Positions 12,841 through 24,418 of a stretch of DNA of 64,000 bases are shown here, piece after piece (the stretch's first letter is position 1; the number at the start of each line of letters is the position of its first letter). Source of the stretch: the human T2T-CHM13v2.0 reference genome, Homo sapiens; NCBI RefSeq assembly GCF_009914755.1, contig NC_060926.1; one strand, written 5' to 3'. Below the pieces are notes generated by a model. The model was not told the origin of the DNA, ran no database searches, and was given only the letters and a program-made list of their open reading frames with translations. A program made the position numbers and the translations under genes.

Positions 12841-15800
12841 TTTTCCCATTTTTTCCTGAAGCTCAATACTTCAGAAAAAAATAGAACAAACTGTATAATA
12901 CTTTAACCTTAGCTATGATTGTCTGGTGTTGGAAACTAGTCATCTGCATGGTGCCACACTTCCTTTATGCACCCATGACCACAGGTCACCATGTTGGTGT
13001 GACACTCTATCTTGTGGAAACCACTGTACCCTGGTCCTTTTCAACCCAGCGCCCTCAGGAACTTGCCCTGGGGCAAAGGCTGGCACCTGAGAGGATGCCT
13101 TTCTACCATCCTGGGTCAAGTTACCTGCAAGAAATATAAATTAAAAGAAGTTAAGTACTACTGCTGCAAAAGTAGCAAAAACAATACCAAAATTAAATTT
13201 CTGTAGACCTTTCTCTCATCTGTCATCTTAATTGAAATTGGAATAACAGAAAGGAAAATGTGATTGTTTCCTTCTCTCACCTCTCTGAATCTGCTGTTCC
13301 TTGAAAGGACAGGATATCTATTCAATCAGGCAGGCTTGTCTGCGGCTCATTTCTCTACCTCCACCTCAGGCCACTTTCGAACTGATTTTTTTCTTTTTTC
13401 TTTTTATCGCTTCATATGGTGGCATTTTCTCCTATGAACTAATATTTTATCAGTAGAAATTAATTCTCTTTTAAATATGTCTTGAAATATTTGTTGCTTT
13501 CTTTACAACCCAATATTTTTGATATATTGTATCTGTCATGTTGTAAAAGTCATGGCACCATGCAGTATGACTTGTATTCATTTTACAAGCAAATGTGCAG
13601 AAATATGTTAAATTGGCCTCACTAAGACATTTCTGCCTTGCAAAAATTGAAAACTAAATTGATTTGATATAATTAAGCAATGAAGGAAAGGCTTGTTCTC
13701 TGTAGTTAACCCTGATAGTTTTTAGCTGCTAAGAAATGCCCTGCCCTTGGGCCTTAATTAGTATGTAAAAAATGTAAAGTAATTATTACTTTGTAGTGGG
13801 AAAAACTTAAAAAAAAAAACAAGCTCTCATTTCCTAGGGATGTGCTGTTCTTGACTTATTGATTTCCTAGCAATTAATAGTATTTTATATTATTATTTTA
13901 TCTTTCTTTAGAAACTGCTAAAACTATTTGGAAAGTATACACACTTACAGGAAGTGTTTCATAAAAGCCTTTTGGATTAAAAATTAGGTAATGCAAATAG
14001 AACTACATTTTCTTAATTATAACATAATATAAAATACAGAAAATAATAGAGAAGATGAATAAAATCTACATGAAACTCATCACTGTTGATATTTTGTTGA
14101 ATTTTTCTCTGTGTGTGTACATTTATTTGACACATCTGGAATTGAAACTTATACATGTTTTAATCCATCTTTTTCACTTACTCTTTATACTAAAGGTAAG
14201 TAAAATATTAAAATATTAAATTAAAATATTAAATATTTTCTGATACCATTAAAACTATTTCCAAACATCTTATAATGACTTCTATTTCACACAATAGATC
14301 AATAATGAGTTAACCAAGTTCTTACTGCAGAACATTTCAAATTGCTGATTTTGCAGGGGGAAAATAGTTCAAAGTTATAGTTTCATGCACTTGTCATTTA
14401 CTTTTTTGGGAAACATATTTTGAGATTCATGCATTCCACTCAGAAATTCTTTCTTTCTTTTTATTGTTCATCTCCTCTAGAGACCAAAGGGTATATCAAT
14501 CTGCTGTGGTCTTTAATATTCTTTCTGAAGGAGGAGATGATTCATTTGCTCAAGTTGAGGAATCCCAGGATTGTGTATGAGACGAGACTTGGGGGAAAAA
14601 AACAAAACTGGAAAAATAGTATTACTGTGAGGAAGATGAAACACCGAGCTTCTCCCAGCCCTCCACAGGATCATGGAAGACACAAAGTTGATTTGTAAAA
14701 TCTTCATAAAAACATATGTCTTAGCCATGTGTGGGGAAGGGGGGCTGGTCCTGGGAAATGAGGAATATGGATATTCAAATTTACAACTGAGTTTAAGTTC
14801 TCAATGAGCTATTTAAAAAAAGGAGACTATATTTTCAGCAATTCCTATCCCCCAGTCTGAATTAACTCCTACATTGCTTTATATTGTATATTGACCAATT
14901 CATAAGAAAACATTATAAGGAGATGAGGTACTAGATGTGGTATATATTGAACATCTGTGACTGATTAGAGTCTCCAGGCCTCGTGAAAATGGCAAACTGA
15001 GCTAGTTCGCTGGGACATGATGGGTCTCTCTTCGTAATCACTGCTCTTCCCTTTTCTAGGCCCCTAGTACCAGTAATAAGACCAGTGCAGCTGACATGTC
15101 AGGTTGATAAAGATTGAACTCTTATACTTTACACTTTGTTCCAATAAATTTAATTCTGTTTCAATATCCATGCATCTGGGAAGCTTTGCCAGACTGTCAT
15201 TAAATCATGTTTTTACTGCTCAGTTATCTGACCAACAAATATGCCCCACGCCTGTGCTAGATGCATTCATACAGAGGAGGCCACAACCCTATACCTTGCA
15301 TTCTGCTGACAAGCACGGACTACAGATGGCATTACTGTTAATGAATGAGGCTCCATACTTGAGCTTTACTAGCTTAGCAGGACTAGCAACCATGACTACA
15401 TGTTAGACTTGGGTGGATTGTTTTCTTTCCTCGGTAATACTCCCATATCCCTACACCTGTGCCTGTATGAACCACAAGTCTTTAAATGAAGGACTCAGTC
15501 TTTAGTTAATGACTCAAGACAAGGACATCTGCATACTGAAACCTTCCCTTCACATATCAAAACTGAAGAGGAGTCTTCATTACCCACTGTTTGGTAATTA
15601 AAATTTATATTGTGTGTATTTTTCCTGCATGTTAGACTTGCCACCCGGGGCAGAAGCTAAATGGACCCTCAGCTACCCTTAGCTTCTTCTGAGATGCCAA
15701 CGAAGTGTGGACTTGGGCATGTGGAGGGCACTGACCTCACACCTGGTGACTCAGACCATCACCCCTCTCTTGAGCTGACTCTAATTCCATGTTCTGCTTT

Positions 15801-15924
15801 AACCTGTTAAATGGCTTGAGAGTAAAAAAAAAAAAAAAAAGCACATAAATTTTGAGAATATTTTCATGCAATCATAAACTTTCATTTTTTTGTAAACTAT
15901 TCATGGATATAAAAGAAAGGAAAC

Positions 15925-16200
15925 CTATTATATGTTGAGCACGTACTCTGTTTCAGAAACTAGGCTGTCGTTTTATGTTACACCGTCGAATCCTCAGAAC
16001 TCCTCAAGGTAGGTTAACAGTCGAACCACGTGCAATTGTCGTTGTAAGTCAAATGACAGTCAAATATCCACAAATTTACATGATTCAAATTAATAGTTGA
16101 CCCCCACTTTATATAGCAGTGACAAAGAAATTGAATCACAGTGAAGCTGGGTCTGAATCCCTTCTGTTTGGCTTCAAAGGCTGCGTACATTTCTGCCCAC
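15925..16200 (-). mobile_element. MIR interrupted by MADE2
   Basis: ttgagcacgtactctgtttcag..aatcctcagaac..gctgggtctgaatccc..tggcttcaaagg. Confidence 0.6.
16015..16095. mobile_element. MADE2 (mariner-derived ~80-bp MITE)
   Basis: gtcgaaccacgtgcaattg...aaatttacatgattcaaattaata: degenerate terminal inverted repeats around gtaagtcaaatgacagtcaaatat, matching the recalled MADE2 layout. Confidence 0.65.
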
Positions 16201-16249
16201 TCTCTAAAGAACAGTTAAAGAGCAGGGGGGTTAGACATTCATAGCACAC

Positions 16250-16410
16250 CTATTATGGCAAGTAATTGCTTTATATTATTGCATTCATTCGTAGACACTG
16301 ATATTCCAGTGTTATAGATAAGGAGATCACAGCTCAGAGAATTTAAGTAACTCTTTGTTATGATGAAAATAGAAGTTTCCTGGCTGGGATGTTTCTAAGT
16401 TCCATTATTG
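16250..16410 (-). mobile_element. MIR fragment
   Basis: atagataaggagatcacagctcagagaatttaagtaact. Confidence 0.6.
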
Positions 16411-16529
16411 TGACTGCATGCCTGCTTTTGGTCTTTGAGGTTTAGATGTTTACCGATGTCCCTTTGTTCTTTTTCTTCGTAACATTTTCACAATGTACAT
16501 TTAAATGACAATTTAATTGATGCTAAACC

Positions 16530-16630
16530 TATATTGTTCACTTGTATGCTCACTGGCAAATAATAGAATCTGGTACCTAGTTGGTGCAAAATAAATATTT
16601 GTTGAATGCATGGTAGATGAGTGAGCAAAT
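16530..16630 (+). mobile_element. L2 3' end
   Basis: ctggtacctagttggtgcaaaataaatatttgttgaatg. Confidence 0.65.
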
Positions 16631-17559
16631 ACATGTTTGAAAGTCAAAGCTCATTTCATTACCGCACCTTGGCCCTTTGATAGCCTGGATAGAGCTCACG
16701 GTAGAAATAGCCCTTGGAATTCTTTTGGATAAAGATTTTGTGGGTCTTTTAATTATAAACATCTCTCACCTAGGAGAGAAAAAATTACAGTGAAAACCTT
16801 TGAAATCGATTTCATGAGAAAGAACATTAGAAAGAGAACCTTCGGTGATGGAATTTTTACAATGTGAGAGGCAGTTCCCATACTGCCTTTTGAACTTGTT
16901 GGCTGCAAAATGGTAACTAAACCCTTGTGATTCATTTTAGATAAACTGTATGAAATTTTAAACATTGATTCTTTATAAAGTGTTCCTTTATTCCACTAAT
17001 CTTGAAATAAAAATGTATTCTGTATTTTTAGGACTTAGATATAAATATGCACATATGTGAATGATATTTACAATTGCATTATTACAATCCCCTTTATTTT
17101 GTCTATATGATTTTTTAAAGACTGAGAGGAGTGTGATGAGGTCTGGTATTACCACTGGGTTTTCACCAGCATTTACTGGAATAAAGAAAAAGGAAAAAAA
17201 TGAACTTCAAGTATTTCTAAGTAAAATTTAACAGAATATACGTGTTCATAGCAGCTTTTTGTATTTAACTTTTCATCAATACAAATGATTATTTAAATCA
17301 TTTATACTTTTGCCCAAAACCTTATTTTGCTTTTTAATATTTCTACTCCTGATTTTTAAAAAATTCACAGTAATACACTATATCCATTTGCATTTGCCCA
17401 TTTTTTTTTATACTTGACCTTTAAACTTTATTTTTCTGTTTCTAGGCTAATATGTTAATAACTTTGCTTTCAAAATTTTGATTTTTGCATATGTTATCTT
17501 TTATATATATTTTTTCCCTTCGGTAATTCGAAGGCCGTAAGTCCTTTAGTTTGATCTGT

Positions 17560-17950
17560 AGTACTTTGTCTTCGTCCCTGTGCTTTGGATACAAGTGAAA
17601 CAATCATTACTTGAATTAGTTTAAGTACAAAGAGGACTTTCCTGGCTCAGATGACCATACTCTGAAACAAGAGTGTTGCCACAAGGCCCCAAAGACAGCA
17701 CAGATGACATGGGGACTCTCTTTGGCACCATTTCTTGTATCTATTTCTCTCAGCTTGTTGGCTTCATCCTCACAGATGGTTTTTTTCCATTCAGCGGGGA
17801 ATATGGGCACCACATTCTATTACTTCCTTTCTCAGTTTCCATTAAACGAAGAAAAACAGCCCAGGGGATGATTTGTATTTGGCTCTATTAGTTCATATAT
17901 CCATTACCTGCAACCAGTAGTGAGCTGGGGCTGGTGTGGGGAGCTCAGGA
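17560..17950 (-). mobile_element. Old MLT1 (I/J/K-type) LTR
   Basis: ttggatacaagtgaaacaatc..tttctctcagcttgttggcttcatcctcacagatgg. Confidence 0.55.
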
Positions 17951-18334
17951 ATTTTGTCCTAGTCTTTTATATGTATTTATTGCTTTCACATTTTAACCTC
18001 TTAAGTATGTTATTTCATTATGCTTTATAATTGACTTAGCTCTGTCTACAAGGCTGTTATGATCCCCATAACTCCTTTGTCAGTGATTTTTACATTTGTG
18101 AGTTCATGGTTTTATTTACTAATTGACTAGGTACACAGTCAATATGTTTATCAGAAAACTAATGTATTTCTTCAGTCCTTTCATGTGTGGGATTATAGTG
18201 AATTGTGCTCAAACCTCTTTCCTTCAAAACTCTTTTAACTACGGCTAAGTTGTTTTCTGTTATTTAATTCATGAAGTAGAAATTCAAAACCAGCCTAATG
18301 TGTTCCTGGTTTTCTCACTTTAAGTTTCTTTTTC

Positions 18335-18595
18335 TTTTTACATTTTTAAAATTTATAATTGACACATAAAATTGCACATATTTAAAGGGTACAGTGTGAT
18401 TTTTCGATGTGTGTATATGTTGTATAATGGTTAAATTAGGGCAATTAGCATATCCATCCATCACTTTAAACATTTATCATTTCTTTGTGTTAACATTCAA
18501 AACCCTCTTTTCTAGCAATTTTAAAATATACAACACATTGTTATTAGCTGTAATCTCCCTACTGTGCAAAGAACACCAGAACTTATTCTTCCTTC
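18335..18595 (-). mobile_element. L1MA-type 3' end, truncated
   Basis: ataattgacacataaaattgcacatattt..gggtacagtgtg..agaacaccagaacttattc. Confidence 0.85.
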
Positions 18596-18828
18596 TGGAT
18601 TGGTAAACTTTTGAATCCATGCCGCATTTCAGAAGTAGACTCAAAGAGAGTGTTTGGGAAGGGTCTGGCAATGCCAGTGCAGTCTCTACTCATCATTCAG
18701 AAAGGAAGTGAGGCTCCTCGTATGGCAGCCAACACTCCCACAGCCCCCAAAACCTCAGCCTTTACTCATCCACATTAGGTAAGGCTAAAGAGTACGGCTA
18801 GAATCTCCTGCACACTCACTGTCTGCCT

Positions 18829-19026
18829 CACACACAACCATGCCTGTGTGCGCACACACCACACCATGCCACCACACACATGCACATACACACACTCCAC
18901 ACCTCGCCACCACACACACACACATCACGATATACGACACAGACACACACCAGACCACACACAGGCATTATACCATACACCGCAAGACATACCCACTACA
19001 CCACACACATACACATGCGCGCACAC
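18829..19026 (+). repeat. Degenerate (CA)n-rich tract
   Basis: About 200 bp of interrupted cacaca repeats. Confidence 0.9.
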
Positions 19027-19499
19027 TCTGCATTTATTTTCTGAAGCACTGAGTAGCCCTGCCTGGAAACACAGCCATGTGTCAGCACCTGAGGTCTTAT
19101 TTCAGGTGGATTGATCTGCCTCGTATCATGAAAAAAGTCTTAGATTTTTGCCACACAGTGGCAGAGTTCTATCTGTTCTTTTGTCAATGTTCTTGTTCAT
19201 GAGAAGCGGAAATTTTGAAGCTTGGTCTCACGCTGGCATTTTAAGGTTGTCTGGGCTTTTGCACAAGCCTGAGAAATAGAGCGGAGACAAGAGCACCAGC
19301 CTCTCCTTCCACTTTGTCCGCTTTTACTTTTTCATTTGCTTCCTTGTTCTCTCCTCAGTTCTTCAACGGGCCTCCTCCTTCCCCATAAATCTTCAGTGCT
19401 GAAAAAGGCAGAGAAACTCACACGATGCCCAGAAATAAAGTATAAATTTGGAATCAGATCCTTCATTATAGCTATGATAAGGCTTTGATATAAATCAAA

Positions 19500-19960
19500 T
19501 CCTTCATTATAGGCTATGATAAGGCTTTTATCTGGTATGAAGCAGTGAGACATGGGAGAGTTTTAGAAAGAGGAGTGAAAATACATAGCTCCTGTTTTAT
19601 AAAGACTCTTCTAGCTGCTTTATTTGGAACAGGAGAAGTGAGGCAAGGGCTGAGGGAGGACGACCAGGAGCATATTGCAATAACCCAGGGGAGACACGCT
19701 GGTGTCAGACCGGGATGTAGTGAGAATCAAAGGATGAGCGAGCAGAGTCTGGATTCCGAATGAGTTTTAAATGCAGAGTCAGAAATATTTGCTGATGTGT
19801 TGCCTGTGAAGTGTTAAGACAAAAGGGAAGTCAAGACGACTCTGAGCCTTTGACCTGAGCAATTGTAAGAATAGAGATGTTAAGATGGGAAATACAGACA
19901 GAGCAGGCAGCTTGAAGGATGGGTCAGCATGCAGGTGGTTTTTGTTGTTGTTGATTTAAA
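19500..19960 (-). mobile_element. L2 fragment
   Basis: gagagttttagaaagaggagtga, gactcttctagctgct, attgcaataacccagggg, gaagtcaagacgactc, tgacctgagcaattg. Confidence 0.75.
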
Positions 19961-20339
19961 AAAAAAACTTTCTAGAGAAGAAAAACATGAGGAAAAACAA
20001 CCTGAAGAAGGTAGAGATAAAATGGAAGTGATTATTATCAGCTGAATATTGATAGGCAGGCCATATGCCATTTTTTTTACATATATCATTTTCTTCATAA
20101 AAAACATGTGAGCAAGATATTATCCCAACCTCACAATGTGCTCAAATCTAGTATGGTTTCCAACTAAAAGATGACTATTTAATTTCTTCTTTCTCTAATT
20201 TCATCACATTATTTGCTCCAGTCTGTACAGGACATTGTATTATTTCTACTACACATTAGTTTAAATGTTTACAAAACAACAGAACAGCGACGATTCTCTG
20301 CAGTTCCTTTAATCAATAAATCTTTTCATGAGATTCTTT

Positions 20340-20640
20340 TAAAATGATCACATTTGCATTATTGATTTAAACTGAATGCTTTTTTCTTAAAAAGCAGTGA
20401 GGATGGCTTTTGTGTGAATATGACCCATAAACACAGGAAGCAATCAATGAGAAAGGTCAAAGGTCTCAGTGTTTGCCTGCAAGGCTGATGATGCAGTAAG
20501 ACCACTGTAGCAGTGTGCAAGTGTAGAAGTCAAATATTTATTAACACTGAGGTAACGATGGAGCTGATTACACACTGGCCAACTGGGCTCAGCATACCTC
20601 ATTCCAATAAAACACAATCGATGCCATCCATCAGCAGAGG
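20340..20640. promoter_or_regulatory. Candidate enhancer (dense TF motif cluster in unique DNA)
   Basis: Octamer, ONECUT, FOX, nuclear-receptor DR1 and HOX13/CDX-type motifs within 300 bp; motif evidence only. Confidence 0.4.
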
Positions 20641-21359
20641 CTTCTATTTATTTAATTTTTCTCATGAGGTGGTCAATTTGTCTTATTGCCTTCCCTCAGC
20701 AATTGCCAAAGCTGTGCTATTAGTAACTCATCTCTAGCTATTCATAACAGGTAACTGCAAGTTGTCTTCTTCTTTTAAAATAACTTTATAAGATAGAATT
20801 AATAAATACTCAGTGTAAAATATCTTAAAAACTCAAAATACTTGGAGAATTGTTTAAATCACCCAGATTTCCTTTATGAAGAGCTAACTTGGATTATTTT
20901 GTTACTGTTCTCTCTAGTCCTTTTATTCCTGTGGATTTTTAAAAATTTAAAATTAAACTCAAACTGCTTATACTATAAGTATTTTACTTAATATCTTAAC
21001 ATAGCTGCTTCTATTTATTACAAATGCTTATATCTATCATTTTAAATGCATACAATACTAAGTAAGTAACTAAATCATCCTGACCTTGAGGAAGGATATG
21101 ACAGGGTCAAAATGAAGAAAAGAAAAAATTGTCTCTTTCTGGTTTTCATATTTAATGCACTAAAAATCTTAGAGAAATGGCATAGGGAATTGTGTCGAGA
21201 CACTTTGCATCGTATCTTTAGGGCAGAACTTCAGGGAGATACAGTGAGCTGAGACTCGTCTGTAGTATCTAAATCAGAGGAACGTATATACTCCTTTGTA
21301 GCTAGGATCCCACACAAGCAACAAGATACTAGCAAACAAATAGGTAGATAGTGAAGTAT

Positions 21360-21520
21360 GCTGAGAGCTCTACCTTCTAAGACTGTATGTTTTGAGCAAG
21401 TTGCTTAGCATCTCTGTTATAGCAGCCTCATGGATAAAACGTGATAAGTAAAACTCTTAGTCACCAGTATATAGTAACATCCCAATGAATATCAGCTATT
21501 TCTATTATTATGCTATTATT
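21360..21520 (+). mobile_element. MIR fragment
   Basis: ttgagcaagttgcttagcatctctg..caatgaatatcagctatt. Confidence 0.55.
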
Positions 21521-21719
21521 AAGATCATTATCATCTTCTTTATCACATGGATATGCCATTTAAAAATTATTTTACTTTTAGGGGACATCTTTATTACTCT
21601 TTACTTTACTCTTTCCCATTATCAATAAGCTGAGCTACATTAATTTTTTCTGATTGGTATTTGCATACCACCCTATAAAATTATTCTGCTTAAACATCAC
21701 AAATGGCTCCATAAATTAT

Positions 21720-21975
21720 TTATAAGCTGAAATTCCAAAATGTGAGTCTTTTACTTAAACTTCTTTCCTGAGCTCCAGATTCTCACTTATAACTGCTTTA
21801 CTACCATCTCCACCTGGAGGCTACTAGGGATACCCACTGGAATCTCAAACTGTACAAACCAGAAGAGTGTTCCACCTCCTATAGGTTTGTCTTGTCAGCT
21901 TTTCTCATCTCAGTAAATTGCATCACCATTCATCCAACTAGTTTTTCAACCCCAAATCCTAGGCACCAGTAATCT
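21720..21975 (+). mobile_element. L2 fragment
   Basis: ttcctgagctccagattc..catctccacctggagg..ctcatctcagtaaattgcatcaccattcatcca. Confidence 0.7.
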
Positions 21976-22157
21976 TAACCAATTCCATCCACTCAGCAAA
22001 TATTTAATCACAGAGTAGTTTTAATGAAGAAACATTAACATATGTTATTATTATGCATTATAATTAGAAAGAAGTTAGAGCTAATTTAACTTAGGCCACT
22101 TATTTTGTCATTGAGAGAAACTAGATGATTTCATAAAGGACATATGATAACAGACTG

Positions 22158-22418
22158 GGTTGGGCACAGTGGCTCACGCCTGTAATCCCAGCACTTTGGG
22201 AGGCTGAGGCAGGCAGATCACCTGAGGTCAGGAGTTCGAGACCAGCCTGGCCAACATGGTGAATCCCTGTCTCCACCAAAAAAAACACAAAAATTAGCTG
22301 TGCATGGTGGTGTGTGCCTGTAATCCCAGCTACTCGGGAGGCTGAGGTGGGAGAATTACTTGAACTTCTGGGGCGGGGAGGAAACAGAGCAAGACTCCAT
22401 TTCAAAAAAGAAAAAAAG
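22158..22418 (+). mobile_element. AluSx-like with deletion in the right arm
   Basis: cacctgaggtcaggagttcgagacc; lacks the gttgcagtgagc..ctccagcc segment; short flanking repeat agactg. Confidence 0.92.
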
Positions 22419-22801
22419 AGACTGTCAGACTCAGGACTTTACAGAACAAGAAGTAAATGCCAAGAATATGGGCATTGCTCTTTTCCATGGGCTAAAACAA
22501 TATGAAAAGTGTTCTGAAGTACAGAAATTCCAATGGGAGATTAATAAGAAATTCTCATTTTTAGGATAACCCAACAGGAAAAGTAGCATAGAGAATAATA
22601 GGAATTAGTATGTCTTAAACACTTTCTGGTAGATTCTGCTGGTCACCTCTCTAACATTTGCTTTCTTTTCTTTTTGATTTGATTTGATTTTCCTCTCAGA
22701 GTGCTGGTTTTGTTTTTGGTGATGATTCCTCTCCCATGTGCCTCATGGGCAGGTGCATCCACTCCCATCTTAACAGGAAAAACCTTAGTCTCCTTGGGCA
22801 G

Positions 22802-23009
22802 AAATTGCCATTTTTTTCTTGGTATCATTTTTTGTCTTTCTCTTGTTCTTCCCCATTTCCCTCTTATCCATTATTAATTATTTTTGTTTTACTTTCAGGT
22901 AAGTACCTTTCACAGTCTCTCATCTTGTTTACCATAGACAAACCACTTTCTTGGACTTCCACGATAGTTCCCAAACCTAAGTAGCTCTTAGTATATACTT
23001 TTTGTAAGT
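22802..23009 (+). other. Candidate recursive splice site (3'ss/5'ss juxtaposed) plus 105-nt RS-exon
   Basis: AG-free pyrimidine-rich tract 22802-22896, TTAAT branch-like motif 22874-22878, CAG|GTAAGT 22896-22904, downstream TTT|GTAAGT 23001-23009. Confidence 0.45.
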
Positions 23010-23694
23010 CATTTTAATTTTATGGAAGCATAGCCACAAACTGAATCTTTTTATTTTTCTTGAAGAAAAATGCTGCTGAAATACTTTCATAAGCAGACTT
23101 AAGATTATTGCAATAATTACTGTTTTATATTTTTTTACTTCTGATATTATTGCATCTGTCTATACACTCAATAGAGAGAAATTTGCTTATAAATTTTGGT
23201 CCAATAATTATGGCAAAGGAACAATTTAATTGGTTTGAGTAATGGAAAATTCTATTTTTATTTTCTCATTTTCTTTACTACTTTATTTATTCTTTAGGAA
23301 TGTATGCTAAATTTTGTCTAGATCAGAGAAGATTGATTATGGATGATTCTAAAATATGATTTTAATGTTATTCTTCTTAATGAAATTTTCACATAGCAAG
23401 ACACCAAGTGGACAATTGGCTTTTCTTTCCTTAGCACAAGATATTAAAAAAAAATCCAAAAAAAAAACTTACTCTTAAAAGATTAAAGAACTTATTTACA
23501 TTTAAAAACCAAAAGTAAATATGACTTTTAAAAATAATTCTCTTTACCATTATAAATGTTAATCCTCAAAGCAATTCTATAAAAAGAACATCCTGTAACT
23601 TAATCCCTATTATTATGCTTTATAATTGTTTTTTACATTCACAAACACTTGTTGGCTCAAAATAAATATAATAATTTTAGTATAGTTTATATAC

Positions 23695-24418
23695 AACACT
23701 TCCTTCATATCTATGGAGGATATGTTCCAAGACCCCCAATGGATATTTGTAATTGCAGATAGCATTGAACTCAATTATTGTCATTTGGAACATATTTTTG
23801 TTCATGTTTTTCACCCCAAAAGTTAATGCCTTTTTCATGTCAAGCACTTGTCACACACTATAGTTGTAATGTCTGTAGTTTGAGTTACAACATGAAAACT
23901 AGCATGCATTTCTTTTTCCTTTTTCACAATTTTAAAAATAGGGTATTCAATCTTACAATCTTAGCAATCTTAGCAACCTCAACATACACATTTTTTCTTT
24001 TCTTATGTTGAGAACTTTCACCTTTCCATTTAAAGGAAGCACTTTACAGCTTCTTTTTGGAATATGTGAATTGCCAGCGTCACTATTCTTGTGCTTTGGG
24101 ATCATTGGTAAGTAAAATAAGGGTTACTTAAACACAAGCAGTGTGACATTGTTATAGTAAATCTGATAACTGAGTCAGCTACTGACTCATAGGCAGGTAG
24201 TTTTTAAAGTGTAGATATGCTGGACAAAAGGATGATTCACATCCCATGTGGGATGAAGTGAAATGGTATGATATTTTATCATGCTACTTAGAAGGCAAGC
24301 AATTTAAAATGTATGAATTGTTTATTTCTGGAAATTTTCATATAATATTTTTAGATTGCCATTGGTCACAGGTCACTGAAACTGCAGAAAGTGGTCGTGG
24401 ATAAGTGATGTATTGCTA
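23695..24418 (-). mobile_element. MER44 (Tigger7-derived, C/D-size) DNA transposon
   Basis: gtaaaataagggttacttaaacacaagca, tgctggacaaaaggatgattcac, gaattgtttatttctggaaattttc; TA at both ends. Confidence 0.8.

Noticed and set aside
12900-13250. Possible ancient LTR or exon
   Set aside because: GC-richer block ending in ..aataaca, but I could not match a family or find convincing splice sites
14165-14201. Second AG|GTAAGT juxtaposition (tactaaag|gtaagt)
   Set aside because: The acceptor is AAG with purines just upstream and it sits in degenerate L1-like sequence, so it is much weaker than the 22898 site; it also shows that AGGTAAGT can occur by chance
15399-15640. Repeated 13-mer catgttagacttg as a p53 element
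   Set aside because: The CWWG cores are 5 nt apart rather than the 6 needed and the flanks fit poorly; two copies 229 bp apart may be chance
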